The notes under the pieces: generated by a model
What the model saw: the letters and a program-made list of their open reading frames with translations, nothing else
What the model was told of the DNA's origin: nothing
The model's database searches: none
Shown here: in pieces, positions 21,105 to 30,865 of the stretch
Layout: the number at the start of each line of letters is the position of its first letter
Position numbering within the stretch: the first letter of the stretch is position 1
IMG/VR virus record: IMGVR_UViG_3300015608_002806
DNA length: 64,000 bases
Strand: one strand, 5' to 3'
DNA from: an uncultured virus (IMG/VR IMGVR_UViG_3300015608_002806)
Taxonomy: Duplodnaviria; Heunggongvirae; Uroviricota; Caudoviricetes
Program-made: the position numbers and the translations under genes

Positions 21105-21908
21105 TTACTTTAACCTCATTCCAATTGGAACTGTTTTTTTATATTTTTCATTTTCAGAAATAAGCATCTTAAAAAAATCTACATTTATATTATTTTTTTC
21201 AATAAAATATTGAAAAACTTTTGAATTTACAGGAAAACATGGCCCTGCCCATCCTTTAAAATTTTCATTAGAATCAAGATAGATATCATTTATATGCTCT
21301 CTATTTGTAATAGCATTTTTTACATTAGTATAATTTACTCCCATTTTTTCACACACTGTTGCAAATGAATTTGCAAAACTAATAAGTGTTACATTGTATA
21401 AATTATTAAAATATTTACACATCTCAGCTTCAGATGGTGTTAATTTTATAAATTTTTTAGGATATTTACCATGTGAATCTTTTACTGTTTCGAAAATATA
21501 ATCATCATGAGTTCCAATAATACAAACATCGTGATTTTCCATAAAATCAGCAATTGCCATTCTTTCTCTAAGCCATTCAGGACAAAAACAAATATCTAAT
21601 CCAGGAAAATTATTGATTAAATTTTGTGTAGTTCCAGGTTCTACAGTTGATTTAATCACAACAATTCCTCTATATCGCAATGAATTAAGAGTTGTTACAA
21701 TTGCAACTATTAAATTTGAAGAATTTGAACCATCTTCTTTCGGAGGAGTTGGAACACAAATATAACAAACCTCTGTATCAAGAATGTCTTCTGGCTTTGA
21801 ACCATCAAGTCTTAAATCGAATTGCTTTACATCGTGTCCAAGTTTTTGAAAGCCATAACACACAGCTCCTCCAACAACTCCCAAGCTTCCAATTACGCCG
21901 ATTTTCAT
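21105..21908 (-). CDS. UDP-glucose/GDP-mannose dehydrogenase family protein (short form)
   Basis: CVPTP, IKSTV.PG, PEWLRE, AEMCKY..N, GPCFP. Confidence 0.85.
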   Translation of the reverse strand: MKIGVIGSLGVVGGAVCYGFQKLGHDVKQFDLRLDGSKPEDILDTEVCYICVPTPPKEDGSNSSNLIVAIVTTLNSLRYRGIVVIKSTVEPGTTQNLINNFPGLDICFCPEWLRERMAIADFMENHDVCIIGTHDDYIFETVKDSHGKYPKKFIKLTPSEAEMCKYFNNLYNVTLISFANSFATVCEKMGVNYTNVKNAITNREHINDIYLDSNENFKGWAGPCFPVNSKVFQYFIEKNNINVDFFKMLISENEKYKKTVPIGMRLK

Positions 21909-22293
21909 TTTTTGTTACCTTTTTTAGATTTTTTTCTAATTGTTCATAATAAGCGTGCCAAAATGCTTTATAAGGAATAGAGTCAGGAAGATATGAACAA
22001 TGCAAATATCCTTCTTTCATTGCTTCATTTGCTGCTTCAATGCCAGATTTTTCAGCTAAAGAAATATTATACAAACCATGATATTTATCACCATTTTCTA
22101 TAGTAAAATGAGGATCTACTTCAACAGTAGCTGTTTCTGGTCCAGGATGTGATTTGCCATCACTAATACAAATCCATTCCTCATATGGATTGTCTTGAAA
22201 CCTAAAGACATCACCTTTTTTTAAATTACTCATTCTAGTAATTTGCCAACAATCATGTGAAAATTTTTCAACAATTCTTAATTTATTACTCAT
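21805..22293 (-). CDS. Hypothetical protein
   Basis: 162 aa ORF; 3' end overlaps the next gene by ~100 bp. Confidence 0.5.
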   Translation of the reverse strand: MSNKLRIVEKFSHDCWQITRMSNLKKGDVFRFQDNPYEEWICISDGKSHPGPETATVEVDPHFTIENGDKYHGLYNISLAEKSGIEAANEAMKEGYLHCSYLPDSIPYKAFWHAYYEQLEKNLKKVTKNENRRNWKLGSCWRSCVLWLSKTWTRCKAIRFKT

Positions 22294-23111
22294 TAATACC
22301 TCTCAAATGATTCACCACGAAACAAATGAAATGCTACTGCGTCACGCACAGCATAATCACGATATCCATTGCGCTCAAGAATATCATGAAAAACCATATC
22401 TCCGGTTGCCCATCCGTCTACGACTCCAAGATTCATTGGACCATGTTTTAACCAATCTTCTTTAGTTATCAACCACGATGTACCTTCTGTTCTATTGTGT
22501 CCAGGTCCATAATATAAAGATCTAAAAACATCAGGTTTATTCCAATATTTAATACAATCATTTATTGATAATAATTCTTTATCTACATTTTCATTTAATT
22601 TTTTAACATAATTTTCGAATTCATAAACATTAAAATCTTGAAATGTATCACCAAAATTAGCCATTAGGTGGCGACTTTTACCAGCTGCTCTAATTGAATG
22701 TTCAATAGTGTTGCAATTATATAATATTTTTGTTTGCCCTAATTTATATAAATTATTTGCTATATCGTAAATTTTTACTAATGAATCAAAGTTATGAAAT
22801 TCATCAGAGCCAGATCTAAAAACCCAACCATCATCGGATGCCTCATATCCTAAATTCCAACAACTATATAAATTATGTAAAAAATTATTTGTTTTTTCTT
22901 CAAATAAAACTGGTCTTACATCATATTTTTTACAAATATCTAAAATTTTAGATGTTGTTTCTTTAGGAATTGAAGGATTTGTATATACAATACAAATAAA
23001 TTCTTTTTCACATGATAATCTATCAAAACCTGCATGAAATTTAGTGTTTTCAATATGACCTTGTAGTAATTCAGGGTTTTTGCCTATTATTGTATAATAT
23101 GTAAATTTCAT
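22293..23111 (-). CDS. Putative GT-A fold glycosyltransferase
   Basis: WNLG...WVFRSGSD, W.KHG, GDM.F, FHLFRGE; cluster context. Confidence 0.5.
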   Translation of the reverse strand: MKFTYYTIIGKNPELLQGHIENTKFHAGFDRLSCEKEFICIVYTNPSIPKETTSKILDICKKYDVRPVLFEEKTNNFLHNLYSCWNLGYEASDDGWVFRSGSDEFHNFDSLVKIYDIANNLYKLGQTKILYNCNTIEHSIRAAGKSRHLMANFGDTFQDFNVYEFENYVKKLNENVDKELLSINDCIKYWNKPDVFRSLYYGPGHNRTEGTSWLITKEDWLKHGPMNLGVVDGWATGDMVFHDILERNGYRDYAVRDAVAFHLFRGESFERY

Positions 23112-23124
23112 TTATGCCTTTTAA

Positions 23125-23652
23125 TTACTTTTTCATCCAAAAATATGTACCAATTGCAACCAATCCCAATTCATTTACTCCAACATTTTGCAAACTTAGA
23201 CCCAAAATATCTCTAATTTCTTTATCAGACCATTGATATCTATGTGTTTCAAATGGATTTCCATAGTTTGAACCATCTTGATAGCAAACAGTAACAGGGA
23301 TGCTTAAAAATATATAAGTAACATTTTCTTTAAGGGTTTTAATTAGTTCAATTGCTTGATTGTACTCCAAATGTTCAAGCACATCACCCAAAATAACTGC
23401 ATCATATTTCTTTTTTGACCAATCAAAATTCATAATATCCACATTGAAAAGATTTGGATAAAGTGGCCTTAAATCATATTGATCAATGTACGGAGCCCAG
23501 GCTTCCACTCCATCTAAATTAACGTATTCCCCAACCAATCTTGCCCATTTTCCTTCTCCACAACCAACATCTAATACATTTAGACCTCGATTGGTTTTGA
23601 AAAAATTTGTAATTAATTTTGTTCCTCTTTCTGCTTGTTGAGATTCTGGCAT
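23125..23652 (-). CDS. Class I SAM-dependent methyltransferase
   Basis: VLDVGCGEG, YDAVILGDVLEH. Confidence 0.9.
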   Translation of the reverse strand: MPESQQAERGTKLITNFFKTNRGLNVLDVGCGEGKWARLVGEYVNLDGVEAWAPYIDQYDLRPLYPNLFNVDIMNFDWSKKKYDAVILGDVLEHLEYNQAIELIKTLKENVTYIFLSIPVTVCYQDGSNYGNPFETHRYQWSDKEIRDILGLSLQNVGVNELGLVAIGTYFWMKK

Positions 23653-23653
23653 T

Positions 23654-24499
23654 TTATTTCTCCATTATTTTTAAAATTGCTGTTGTCATTGTGTTTGAGT
23701 GTTGAGAAAAATTATATTCATTAACACTCTTTGACCAAGAATTAGATATTGGACTTCCTCCATACCAATGAATTGCAAATGTTTCAGGTTTAAAAAAATT
23801 ATAAACATCTTTTACAAATAATTGATGTAAACCTGTGTTGTATTCATAAATACATGTTGGAAATACACATTCAGATTTTAATTTACCAAATTTAGATTCG
23901 AGAAATTTATCCATTGCATCTTTTATTGTTTTTGTTGGAAAACATGGTGTTCCACAACTTTCATATTGAAGCGGATTGTAGTTATTTACAGCATTATCAA
24001 AACATTTTTTTATAAAAGATTGACCTGGGGATGAAATCATAAAAGAAACAGGTATGTATCCAGGTTTTGGATTGTTTTCAAATTCGACTAATGCTATATC
24101 AATATTTTTATTATTTAATTTATCAATTAAATGATCCATTGATTTAATAAATAAAATATCCATATCACAAACAACACCACCATTTTGATACAAAAGAAAC
24201 CAGTTTAATGTATCTTTTGTGTGAACATATGATTTATCATTATGACTAAATGGTAATTCAATTGAATTGATGTTAATTTGTTCAATATTAAGATCTGATA
24301 GATTGTCTAAATAATTTATACCTGAAAATTCATCTAATTTTTCTTCTGAAATCCATGTTTTTTGTTTAGGATTTTCATCCAAAAATAAAACCATTCTCCA
24401 TTCTGGATGGAATTTTCTAAAAGAAAATAATGTCATATATCTTGAATAAGATAAAGACAAACCTCCCCAATAAAAAAATATTTGTTTAGGAATTGTCAT
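23654..24499 (-). CDS. DXD-motif glycosyltransferase (GT32/OCH1-like)
   Basis: IPKQIFFYWGG, LYQNGGVVCDMD, AIHWYGG. Confidence 0.8.
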   Translation of the reverse strand: MTIPKQIFFYWGGLSLSYSRYMTLFSFRKFHPEWRMVLFLDENPKQKTWISEEKLDEFSGINYLDNLSDLNIEQININSIELPFSHNDKSYVHTKDTLNWFLLYQNGGVVCDMDILFIKSMDHLIDKLNNKNIDIALVEFENNPKPGYIPVSFMISSPGQSFIKKCFDNAVNNYNPLQYESCGTPCFPTKTIKDAMDKFLESKFGKLKSECVFPTCIYEYNTGLHQLFVKDVYNFFKPETFAIHWYGGSPISNSWSKSVNEYNFSQHSNTMTTAILKIMEK

Positions 24500-25589
24500 T
24501 CAAAACCTCTTTTAGATGATCTGCAATCAATTGTGATGTTGGTGTTTTTGTGTAATGATACAACCACGAATCATTTCCCATATATTTTGTATTTTTGCTT
24601 ATTAAATAAACTAAATCTTCAACATTTCTATTTAAATTTAGATTTATAGAACACATATTTTGATAACTTTCTGGTCTTTCTGTAAAATCTCTTGGTACAA
24701 AACAAACTTTTTTAAGCAAAGCACATTCTTCTTGTGCAGAACCTGAGTCTGAGATTAAAAAAGAACATCTTGAAGACAGATTAATATAATCTTTGTATCC
24801 TAAAAGGGGTTGAATCCATGTTTTGTCTATATTTATTTTATGGGATTTAATATTTTCAAGTGTTCTTTTGAATTCCAAAAATTTAATTTTATAATTTTGT
24901 GATAATTTATCTAAAATTTGAAATATTTTAATCATTCTTTCTTTATTTTGAAAGTTTTCAGGTCTATGAATGTCTACAATAATAAAATTTTCATCTTTCT
25001 CACAAGAAAAATCATATATTCTTGAAATTATATCATTGTATGGCTCCACAATAGTATTACCAACACAAAACATTTTTTTACAATGCAAACTTTCTTGCGT
25101 AAAGTATTTTTTATAATTATCATGATAATAAAACAATAAATCAGAAACCATGTCACATGATTTTCTATTAATTTCTTCAAACATTCTCATATCATTAGAT
25201 CTCATAAGAGATTCAATATGAGTAATATGATAACCTTCTTTTTTTAGAGAAATTGATGCTAAAACTGTATTGGAATCACCTAAGAAAATAATGGTATCAG
25301 GCTTAATATTTTCTTTTTCAAATAATTTAATTAATTCTACACTTACATTGGCAGAATATTCATAATGAGTTTTATATTTTCTGCCAAGTTCTAAATCATA
25401 ATCTGGCAATCTTAGTCTTAGATCATCAAAAAATACATCAGATAAATTTTTATCATAATGTTGACCAGCATGAATTAAAATATGATTACACCATGACTCT
25501 TTGTCAAGTTTTTTAATAATTTCTGACATTCTGATAATGTCGGGTCTAATACCTATTACTGATACTATTGTTTTAGTAGTTTCTTTCAT
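24486..25589 (-). CDS. Non-hydrolysing UDP-HexNAc 2-epimerase (WbjD/CapG/QnlB-like)
   Basis: GIRPDIIR, HAGQHYD, LGDSNT, EEINR, HRPEN, SDSGSAQEE; start moved to MKETTK. Confidence 0.85.
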   Translation of the reverse strand: MKETTKTIVSVIGIRPDIIRMSEIIKKLDKESWCNHILIHAGQHYDKNLSDVFFDDLRLRLPDYDLELGRKYKTHYEYSANVSVELIKLFEKENIKPDTIIFLGDSNTVLASISLKKEGYHITHIESLMRSNDMRMFEEINRKSCDMVSDLLFYYHDNYKKYFTQESLHCKKMFCVGNTIVEPYNDIISRIYDFSCEKDENFIIVDIHRPENFQNKERMIKIFQILDKLSQNYKIKFLEFKRTLENIKSHKINIDKTWIQPLLGYKDYINLSSRCSFLISDSGSAQEECALLKKVCFVPRDFTERPESYQNMCSINLNLNRNVEDLVYLISKNTKYMGNDSWLYHYTKTPTSQLIADHLKEVLNDNS

Positions 25590-27258
25590 TTTTCCACATT
25601 CGATAAATTTCTTTAACTTTTTGGATTGCATTTGCTCCACAATTGGGGGCAACCGCTGTTAAAGAATCAGATGGAGCTTTATGAACACCTAATAGCTTGT
25701 CAAGATAGGCTACATTTTCAGATTTAACAGCCATCATCATTGACATTGTATAATCTTCACCAGGATATTCATCAAATTTACCACAACAAGCAAGCAATGG
25801 CGCTGTCCACATAAAACAAACACCCTGGTGACATTGCCCACCAGTCAAATGAACAAATTCTTTATTTTCTAATATAAAAACATTATTAGAAAATACAGAT
25901 TCATTTGTAAATCCAGACGGATTAATACATAAATTATTATCTTTTACAAAAATAGATCTCCAATTTGAATTATATCGTTCAGAAAAATATGGAGATACCA
26001 CATATTGAGTTCCATTTTTTTCTTCTTTTTGTAAAACATTTACCAAATTTTCAATACAAGATAAATCTTTTTCATCGTCTGTTGACCACCATGTTTGATA
26101 ATATCCAGTAGCTATTTTAAAGCCTCTATTTAAAGCATTTCCAGTTCCAAGATTTTTGTGTTGTTTTAAATATTTAAAGGTTTTAAATGTATTTTCAAAT
26201 TTAGGAGCCCATTTCATAACAATGTCAAAAGTATTATCTGTAGAACAATCATCAACAAAAATTAATTCAATATGATCATATGTTTGATTTAATACATTTT
26301 CAAAAAATTTATCTAAATATTTGGAATCATTATATGATGGAGCTACAATTGTAACAATATTATTGTGAGGAATATATTTAAAATCACCAAATTTTTCTCC
26401 ATTAAATAAATCTAAAACATCAAGAACTACATTTCTTTTTAAATTTTTTAAATGAAAAATAAGTTCTGTTCCCTTTTTTTCTTTAAAATAAAATTCCTTT
26501 TTAGCAGGAACATTGTCATTTAAAACCACAGACATATTTAGCATTCTTGCTTCAAGAGCAACTCTTGAACAACCTTCAAAACATCTTGGTGTAAAAATAA
26601 AATTAGAATATTTTGCCATTTCTTTGATAAAATCCTTATAGGATTTATCAGGTTTAATTAATTTGTATGACCAATTTTGCTTTCTTGCTAATTCAATTGA
26701 ATCATAAGTTCCTTTATTTAAAGCAGAATTATCAATTATTAAATAATCTTTTTTATTTTCTTTTATTGTATTTTTAGAACAATCTAAAAGATTATCAAAC
26801 TCTTCATCAGACCACATTGAACCATGTATAATAGAAATATTTTTTATATTTAAGTTTTTAAATAAAATATTTGCATGTTCTGTTGTTTGCGCAAATACTC
26901 TTAATGCATTTTTATAAAATAATCTATTGATTATTTGATCAATAGGGGCTAAATTATTTTCATATCTTGCCGAATCTCTAAGTTTAACATATTTATGATC
27001 ATATTCATTAATAATGTATTTACATTTTGATTTAATGGTTTTATTTATTGCTTCTTGTGTTAGGTATGAAAAATTTCCAAAAATTATGTTTTCAAAAGAA
27101 ATATCATTTTGAAGGCACCAAGAATTATATTCTTGGGTTCTCATTTTTTTAATAGAAATATCATGTTTTTGTAATTCTTCTATAAAAGCAAAATCTGCAT
27201 ATTCTGCACCACCTTTATAATCTTCAACAAAATAATCAGCAACGAATATTATATTCAT
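25573..27258 (-). CDS. Two-domain glycosyltransferase (GT-B-like N-terminus plus GT2 C-terminus)
   Basis: GGAE and EGCSRVALEA in the N-half; PSYN, QTY...VDDCSTD, NLG...LNRG in the C-half. Confidence 0.85.
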   Translation of the reverse strand: MNIIFVADYFVEDYKGGAEYADFAFIEELQKHDISIKKMRTQEYNSWCLQNDISFENIIFGNFSYLTQEAINKTIKSKCKYIINEYDHKYVKLRDSARYENNLAPIDQIINRLFYKNALRVFAQTTEHANILFKNLNIKNISIIHGSMWSDEEFDNLLDCSKNTIKENKKDYLIIDNSALNKGTYDSIELARKQNWSYKLIKPDKSYKDFIKEMAKYSNFIFTPRCFEGCSRVALEARMLNMSVVLNDNVPAKKEFYFKEKKGTELIFHLKNLKRNVVLDVLDLFNGEKFGDFKYIPHNNIVTIVAPSYNDSKYLDKFFENVLNQTYDHIELIFVDDCSTDNTFDIVMKWAPKFENTFKTFKYLKQHKNLGTGNALNRGFKIATGYYQTWWSTDDEKDLSCIENLVNVLQKEEKNGTQYVVSPYFSERYNSNWRSIFVKDNNLCINPSGFTNESVFSNNVFILENKEFVHLTGGQCHQGVCFMWTAPLLACCGKFDEYPGEDYTMSMMMAVKSENVAYLDKLLGVHKAPSDSLTAVAPNCGANAIQKVKEIYRMWKNERNY

Positions 27259-28493
27259 TAATCAAAAACCTCATATCCAATTTCAGTTTGTTCTTCATTT
27301 TCTTTTGGAAGAAATTCTTCAATAAAAGAATTAAATTTATTTTTAATTTTTTCAAAAGTAAATTCTTCACAAACAATATCTTTTAATTCAGATGCTTGTT
27401 TTTTAAATCTACCATAATCTTTATAAATTTCAAGCAATCTCTGTTTATAAGAATTTTCTTTAGGAAACGCCCATTGAGAATCTGGTAAAATCATTGGCTC
27501 AACAACAGCTTCTGGTTGAACATTTTTTAAAACATAATCAACAGTTGCAAAAAATGGTTTCTTTTTATTTCCGCCTTCTTTTTGCCAATAAAGAAAATCT
27601 TTATAACCAGAATAATCAGTTGTAACTATAGGCATTCCTGAATATGCAGCCTGAAAATGACCAAGACCCCAACCCTCTGCATTTGTTGTAGATACAAAGC
27701 ATTTAATTTTATCATGATAATAAAGAGCATCAACTTCAGCATCTGTCATTGGACCATGCAAAAGATATACAGAACATTTTTTGTTTTGATATTGAGCAAT
27801 CAATTCTTTTAGTCTTGTTTCTGTGTGAAATCTATCTTGGGTACAATTGTTCATTGTATTTGTTTTCACAATTAAACCAACATTTGGATTATTGTGAAAA
27901 CATTCAATAAACCATCTAATCATTTGTTCTATATTTTTTCTTGGAGCCCATTGACCAACAAAAAGAAAATTAAAATCTGTATTAAGATCTAAATTTAATT
28001 TTACTTTTTCTTTTTGCTCAACAACTGGATATCCTACATATTCTACTGGTCTAACAACATTATACAAAGTTCCTTCATGATTAAAAATTGTGTCTGCAAT
28101 AATATCTTTTGAAAATTCTGAAATTGTTATAATTTTATGCATTTTATTGCAAGACTCAATCCATTGAGGAGATATTTTGCTTGATTCTACACCAGCAGTT
28201 ACGCCTATGTTAACAGGGCATAATTGTTGAAATTCATGTGGAACCATAACTTGAATAGAAATATCATATTGAAGCTTTGCTCCTTGTTGGTTTGCAACAT
28301 GTTTCATAAATAAATGTTTGTAATAATTATAATCTTCGTTTTGATCAGACATCATTGATGCATGTGCCCATTGAGTGGGGGCTAAATAAAGGTCTACACC
28401 TTTTAGTTCTCTCAAGCAATTAACAATAGTTCTAGCATGAACTCCATACCCTGCGTTTGAAAATACAGGAGCAACAATTAAAATTTTTTTCAT
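27258..28493 (-). CDS. Glycosyltransferase family 4
   Basis: GYGVHAR, FLFVGQW.PRKN, EGWGL..FQAA..GMP. Confidence 0.9.
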   Translation of the reverse strand: MKKILIVAPVFSNAGYGVHARTIVNCLRELKGVDLYLAPTQWAHASMMSDQNEDYNYYKHLFMKHVANQQGAKLQYDISIQVMVPHEFQQLCPVNIGVTAGVESSKISPQWIESCNKMHKIITISEFSKDIIADTIFNHEGTLYNVVRPVEYVGYPVVEQKEKVKLNLDLNTDFNFLFVGQWAPRKNIEQMIRWFIECFHNNPNVGLIVKTNTMNNCTQDRFHTETRLKELIAQYQNKKCSVYLLHGPMTDAEVDALYYHDKIKCFVSTTNAEGWGLGHFQAAYSGMPIVTTDYSGYKDFLYWQKEGGNKKKPFFATVDYVLKNVQPEAVVEPMILPDSQWAFPKENSYKQRLLEIYKDYGRFKKQASELKDIVCEEFTFEKIKNKFNSFIEEFLPKENEEQTEIGYEVFD

Positions 28494-28501
28494 TTTACCT
28501 C

Positions 28502-30244
28502 TTATAGCTTAATTAAATTGTAAGTCTTGAAACCTTTATTTGGCCATGAGCCATTTTTATTGTGAATATTTTCTAGCAAATTAGGCCAAAATTCTTTAAA
28601 TATTTTAAGATCAAAATATTTTTCACAATGCAATCTTCCTTTTTGTCCCAATTCTTCTCTTTCTTTATTAGAAAGATTATACATTTTAATCATAGCATTA
28701 ACTACATCTTCTTGATTCACTCTATCTTCATAAATATATGGAATTTGTTGAGAACCCACTATAGCTTTTGAAGCTGGTTTAATTCCAACACCAAAAAATT
28801 CACCATCGTCACCAGTAATTTGTTCAACCAATCCGCCAGTAAGATTGCATATAATTGGTGTTCCTGCTGCTAAACTTTCTTGCATACAATTATGAACAAT
28901 TATACCATTTGCTATAAAATTATGTTTATTTTCAACAGTCAAGTCATAAACATCAATTTCATCATTTGAAATTTCTGATATTTTTCTTATTGGCACTAAA
29001 ACATAATCATTTCTAATGATGAAATCATTTCTTTTTTTATTCAAAAATAAAAATTTATTTTGTTCAATAATGCATTTTGGCATACACACCATGTCACCTT
29101 TTTTAAGGTCTGACACTTTTACCCATGATGGTTTAATATTTTCATTTTTATATTTTTCATATTTATTATGAATATGGGGCAAAGATAAAATTGGATGTTC
29201 ATCTGTTATATTTAAAGCTATATTACCTCTAACATTAATTGTTTTATATTTAGATTTTCTTTCAAATTTATTAATAACTTTTTCAAAAGTGCCATCATCG
29301 GTTGTTACATAATCACCAATATTAATATCTTTTATTGCAATTAATCCATTTGGAGTTGATATTTTAGCATCAGCTGACAAACATTTTCCGAAGCCCTCGG
29401 CGTCAGATATAGATATAGAAACATCAGCGACATTATAAAGCATATTGAGTGCTTCATCTGGAATTTTCTGTGTGGAAAAAATTACTTTATTTTCTAGTCC
29501 CCACATTTTAGCATTTTCTAAAAGATTTGGTCCAAATTGATCATGTGGATCTGTGTGCATTAAAAGAACAGCATCTGCTTTTGTTTGATCTAGAAATTTT
29601 TTAAAACATTCAATAATGGTTGCTCCATGTTTTCTTCCACCATTTTTGTTATTCCAAAATAAAACAAAATCTTTGTCCAATTTTTGATTGGATGATTTAA
29701 ATGTAAATCTTTCACCAGCTGAAATTGGCTTAAAAACATTTAAATCAACACAATGAGGCATTCTATGTCTTTCAACCCAAGGAACAACTTGCTCCATTAA
29801 TTGGTCTGTTAATTTAGATATTGGAACCTGAACATCAACAGATGACCAAATGCCTTTGTTGAACCAAGGAGTTGGTCCATTGTCCCAAATGCTGTACCAA
29901 ATAGTAGGTACATTTTTTCTGATTTCGTCATCAATCATTAAAAACCAATCATAAAATCGAGGATCTGATTGAAAAACAATCATATCAATTTTAAATTGAG
30001 ATATAGCCTCTCTAATCATTTCAGGGGTTCCAAAATTATCAACTGGATAAATTGTCCATTTATCGCCCCATTCTTGGGTTCTTGTTGGTTGATAGCTTAT
30101 GTGTTTCATAGCTCCACCCAATGAAGTAACAATAAATTTATCAGTTTCTAATAGCGAAGTGATAATATCTTTTAGACATCTAGCAACACCACCGGGACTT
30201 AATGGATGATCTCCCAGTGTTAAAACATTAATTTTTTTACTCAA
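28502..30244 (-). CDS. Glycosyltransferase family 4 containing an intein
   Basis: PHCVD...F.P, NKNGGRK, LYNVADV; after splicing EGFGKCMQESLAAGTP (EX7E motif). Confidence 0.9.
   Translation of the reverse strand: MSKKINVLTLGDHPLSPGGVARCLKDIITSLLETDKFIVTSLGGAMKHISYQPTRTQEWGDKWTIYPVDNFGTPEMIREAISQFKIDMIVFQSDPRFYDWFLMIDDEIRKNVPTIWYSIWDNGPTPWFNKGIWSSVDVQVPISKLTDQLMEQVVPWVERHRMPHCVDLNVFKPISAGERFTFKSSNQKLDKDFVLFWNNKNGGRKHGATIIECFKKFLDQTKADAVLLMHTDPHDQFGPNLLENAKMWGLENKVIFSTQKIPDEALNMLYNVADVSISISDAEGFGKCLSADAKISTPNGLIAIKDINIGDYVTTDDGTFEKVINKFERKSKYKTINVRGNIALNITDEHPILSLPHIHNKYEKYKNENIKPSWVKVSDLKKGDMVCMPKCIIEQNKFLFLNKKRNDFIIRNDYVLVPIRKISEISNDEIDVYDLTVENKHNFIANGIIVHNCMQESLAAGTPIICNLTGGLVEQITGDDGEFFGVGIKPASKAIVGSQQIPYIYEDRVNQEDVVNAMIKMYNLSNKEREELGQKGRLHCEKYFDLKIFKEFWPNLLENIHNKNGSWPNKGFKTYNLIKL
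28889..29383 (-). mobile_element. Mini-intein (165 aa, no homing endonuclease domain)
   Basis: Block A CLSADAKI, block B ITDEHPI, blocks F/G VYDLTV..HNFIANGIIVHN followed by +1 Cys. Confidence 0.92.
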
Positions 30245-30256
30245 AAATACCTCTCG

Positions 30257-30865
30257 TTAAAAAGATTTAAGGAATTTAATTGTGAATGGACACAATTTTT
30301 CAATTGTCAAGCCATCGTCAAAAAAAAATTCTTCAGCGCATATTGCAACATACTCAATAAATGAAGTCATTGAGTATGGTGTTGGAAATTTACCTTTAAT
30401 TAAGGTTTGTAATTTATTATATCCAATATTCATTAAATATTCATCAAATTGTTTGTTGTAATATACAAAATTTACAAAATGATCATTATCAGGATCATGA
30501 AGTTTATTAAGAACAATTTTTTTCTTTTCAAGATATTCTTTCTTAGCATGTTCAAAAAAATTTATTTTTTCAAAAACATCAACAAATGAATGAATGCACT
30601 CATGTATTATACATTTTAAAAAATTAATATCATCATTTATTTGATTTGATATAATAATTGAATTATTTTTATATTCAGATACATTATTATTGTTTTTTAA
30701 ATTTTGAAATTTACCAAAATATATAAAATTAATATTTTTTAAATATTTTTCAATTTTTTGTAAATTATATAAAACATTTTTCCAATTTATTGAAGATTTT
30801 GAATAAATTAAAATTTTTATATTCTTAAAAGAATATTCATTGTAATAAAAATTTGATTTAAACAT
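30257..30865 (-). CDS. Putative zincin-like metallopeptidase
   Basis: IIHECIH (HEXXH) and downstream YS....EYVA. Confidence 0.55.
   Translation of the reverse strand: MFKSNFYYNEYSFKNIKILIYSKSSINWKNVLYNLQKIEKYLKNINFIYFGKFQNLKNNNNVSEYKNNSIIISNQINDDINFLKCIIHECIHSFVDVFEKINFFEHAKKEYLEKKKIVLNKLHDPDNDHFVNFVYYNKQFDEYLMNIGYNKLQTLIKGKFPTPYSMTSFIEYVAICAEEFFFDDGLTIEKLCPFTIKFLKSF

Noticed and set aside
21805..21908. Functional dual-coding overlap with the dehydrogenase gene
   Set aside because: The overlapping tail looks like simple run-on to the next stop; shorter overlaps of this kind are common in the window.
11975..30244. Bacterial O-antigen/capsule locus or chimeric assembly
   Set aside because: No wzx/wzy or ABC exporter; composition and gene coupling are continuous with the phage sigma and baseplate genes.
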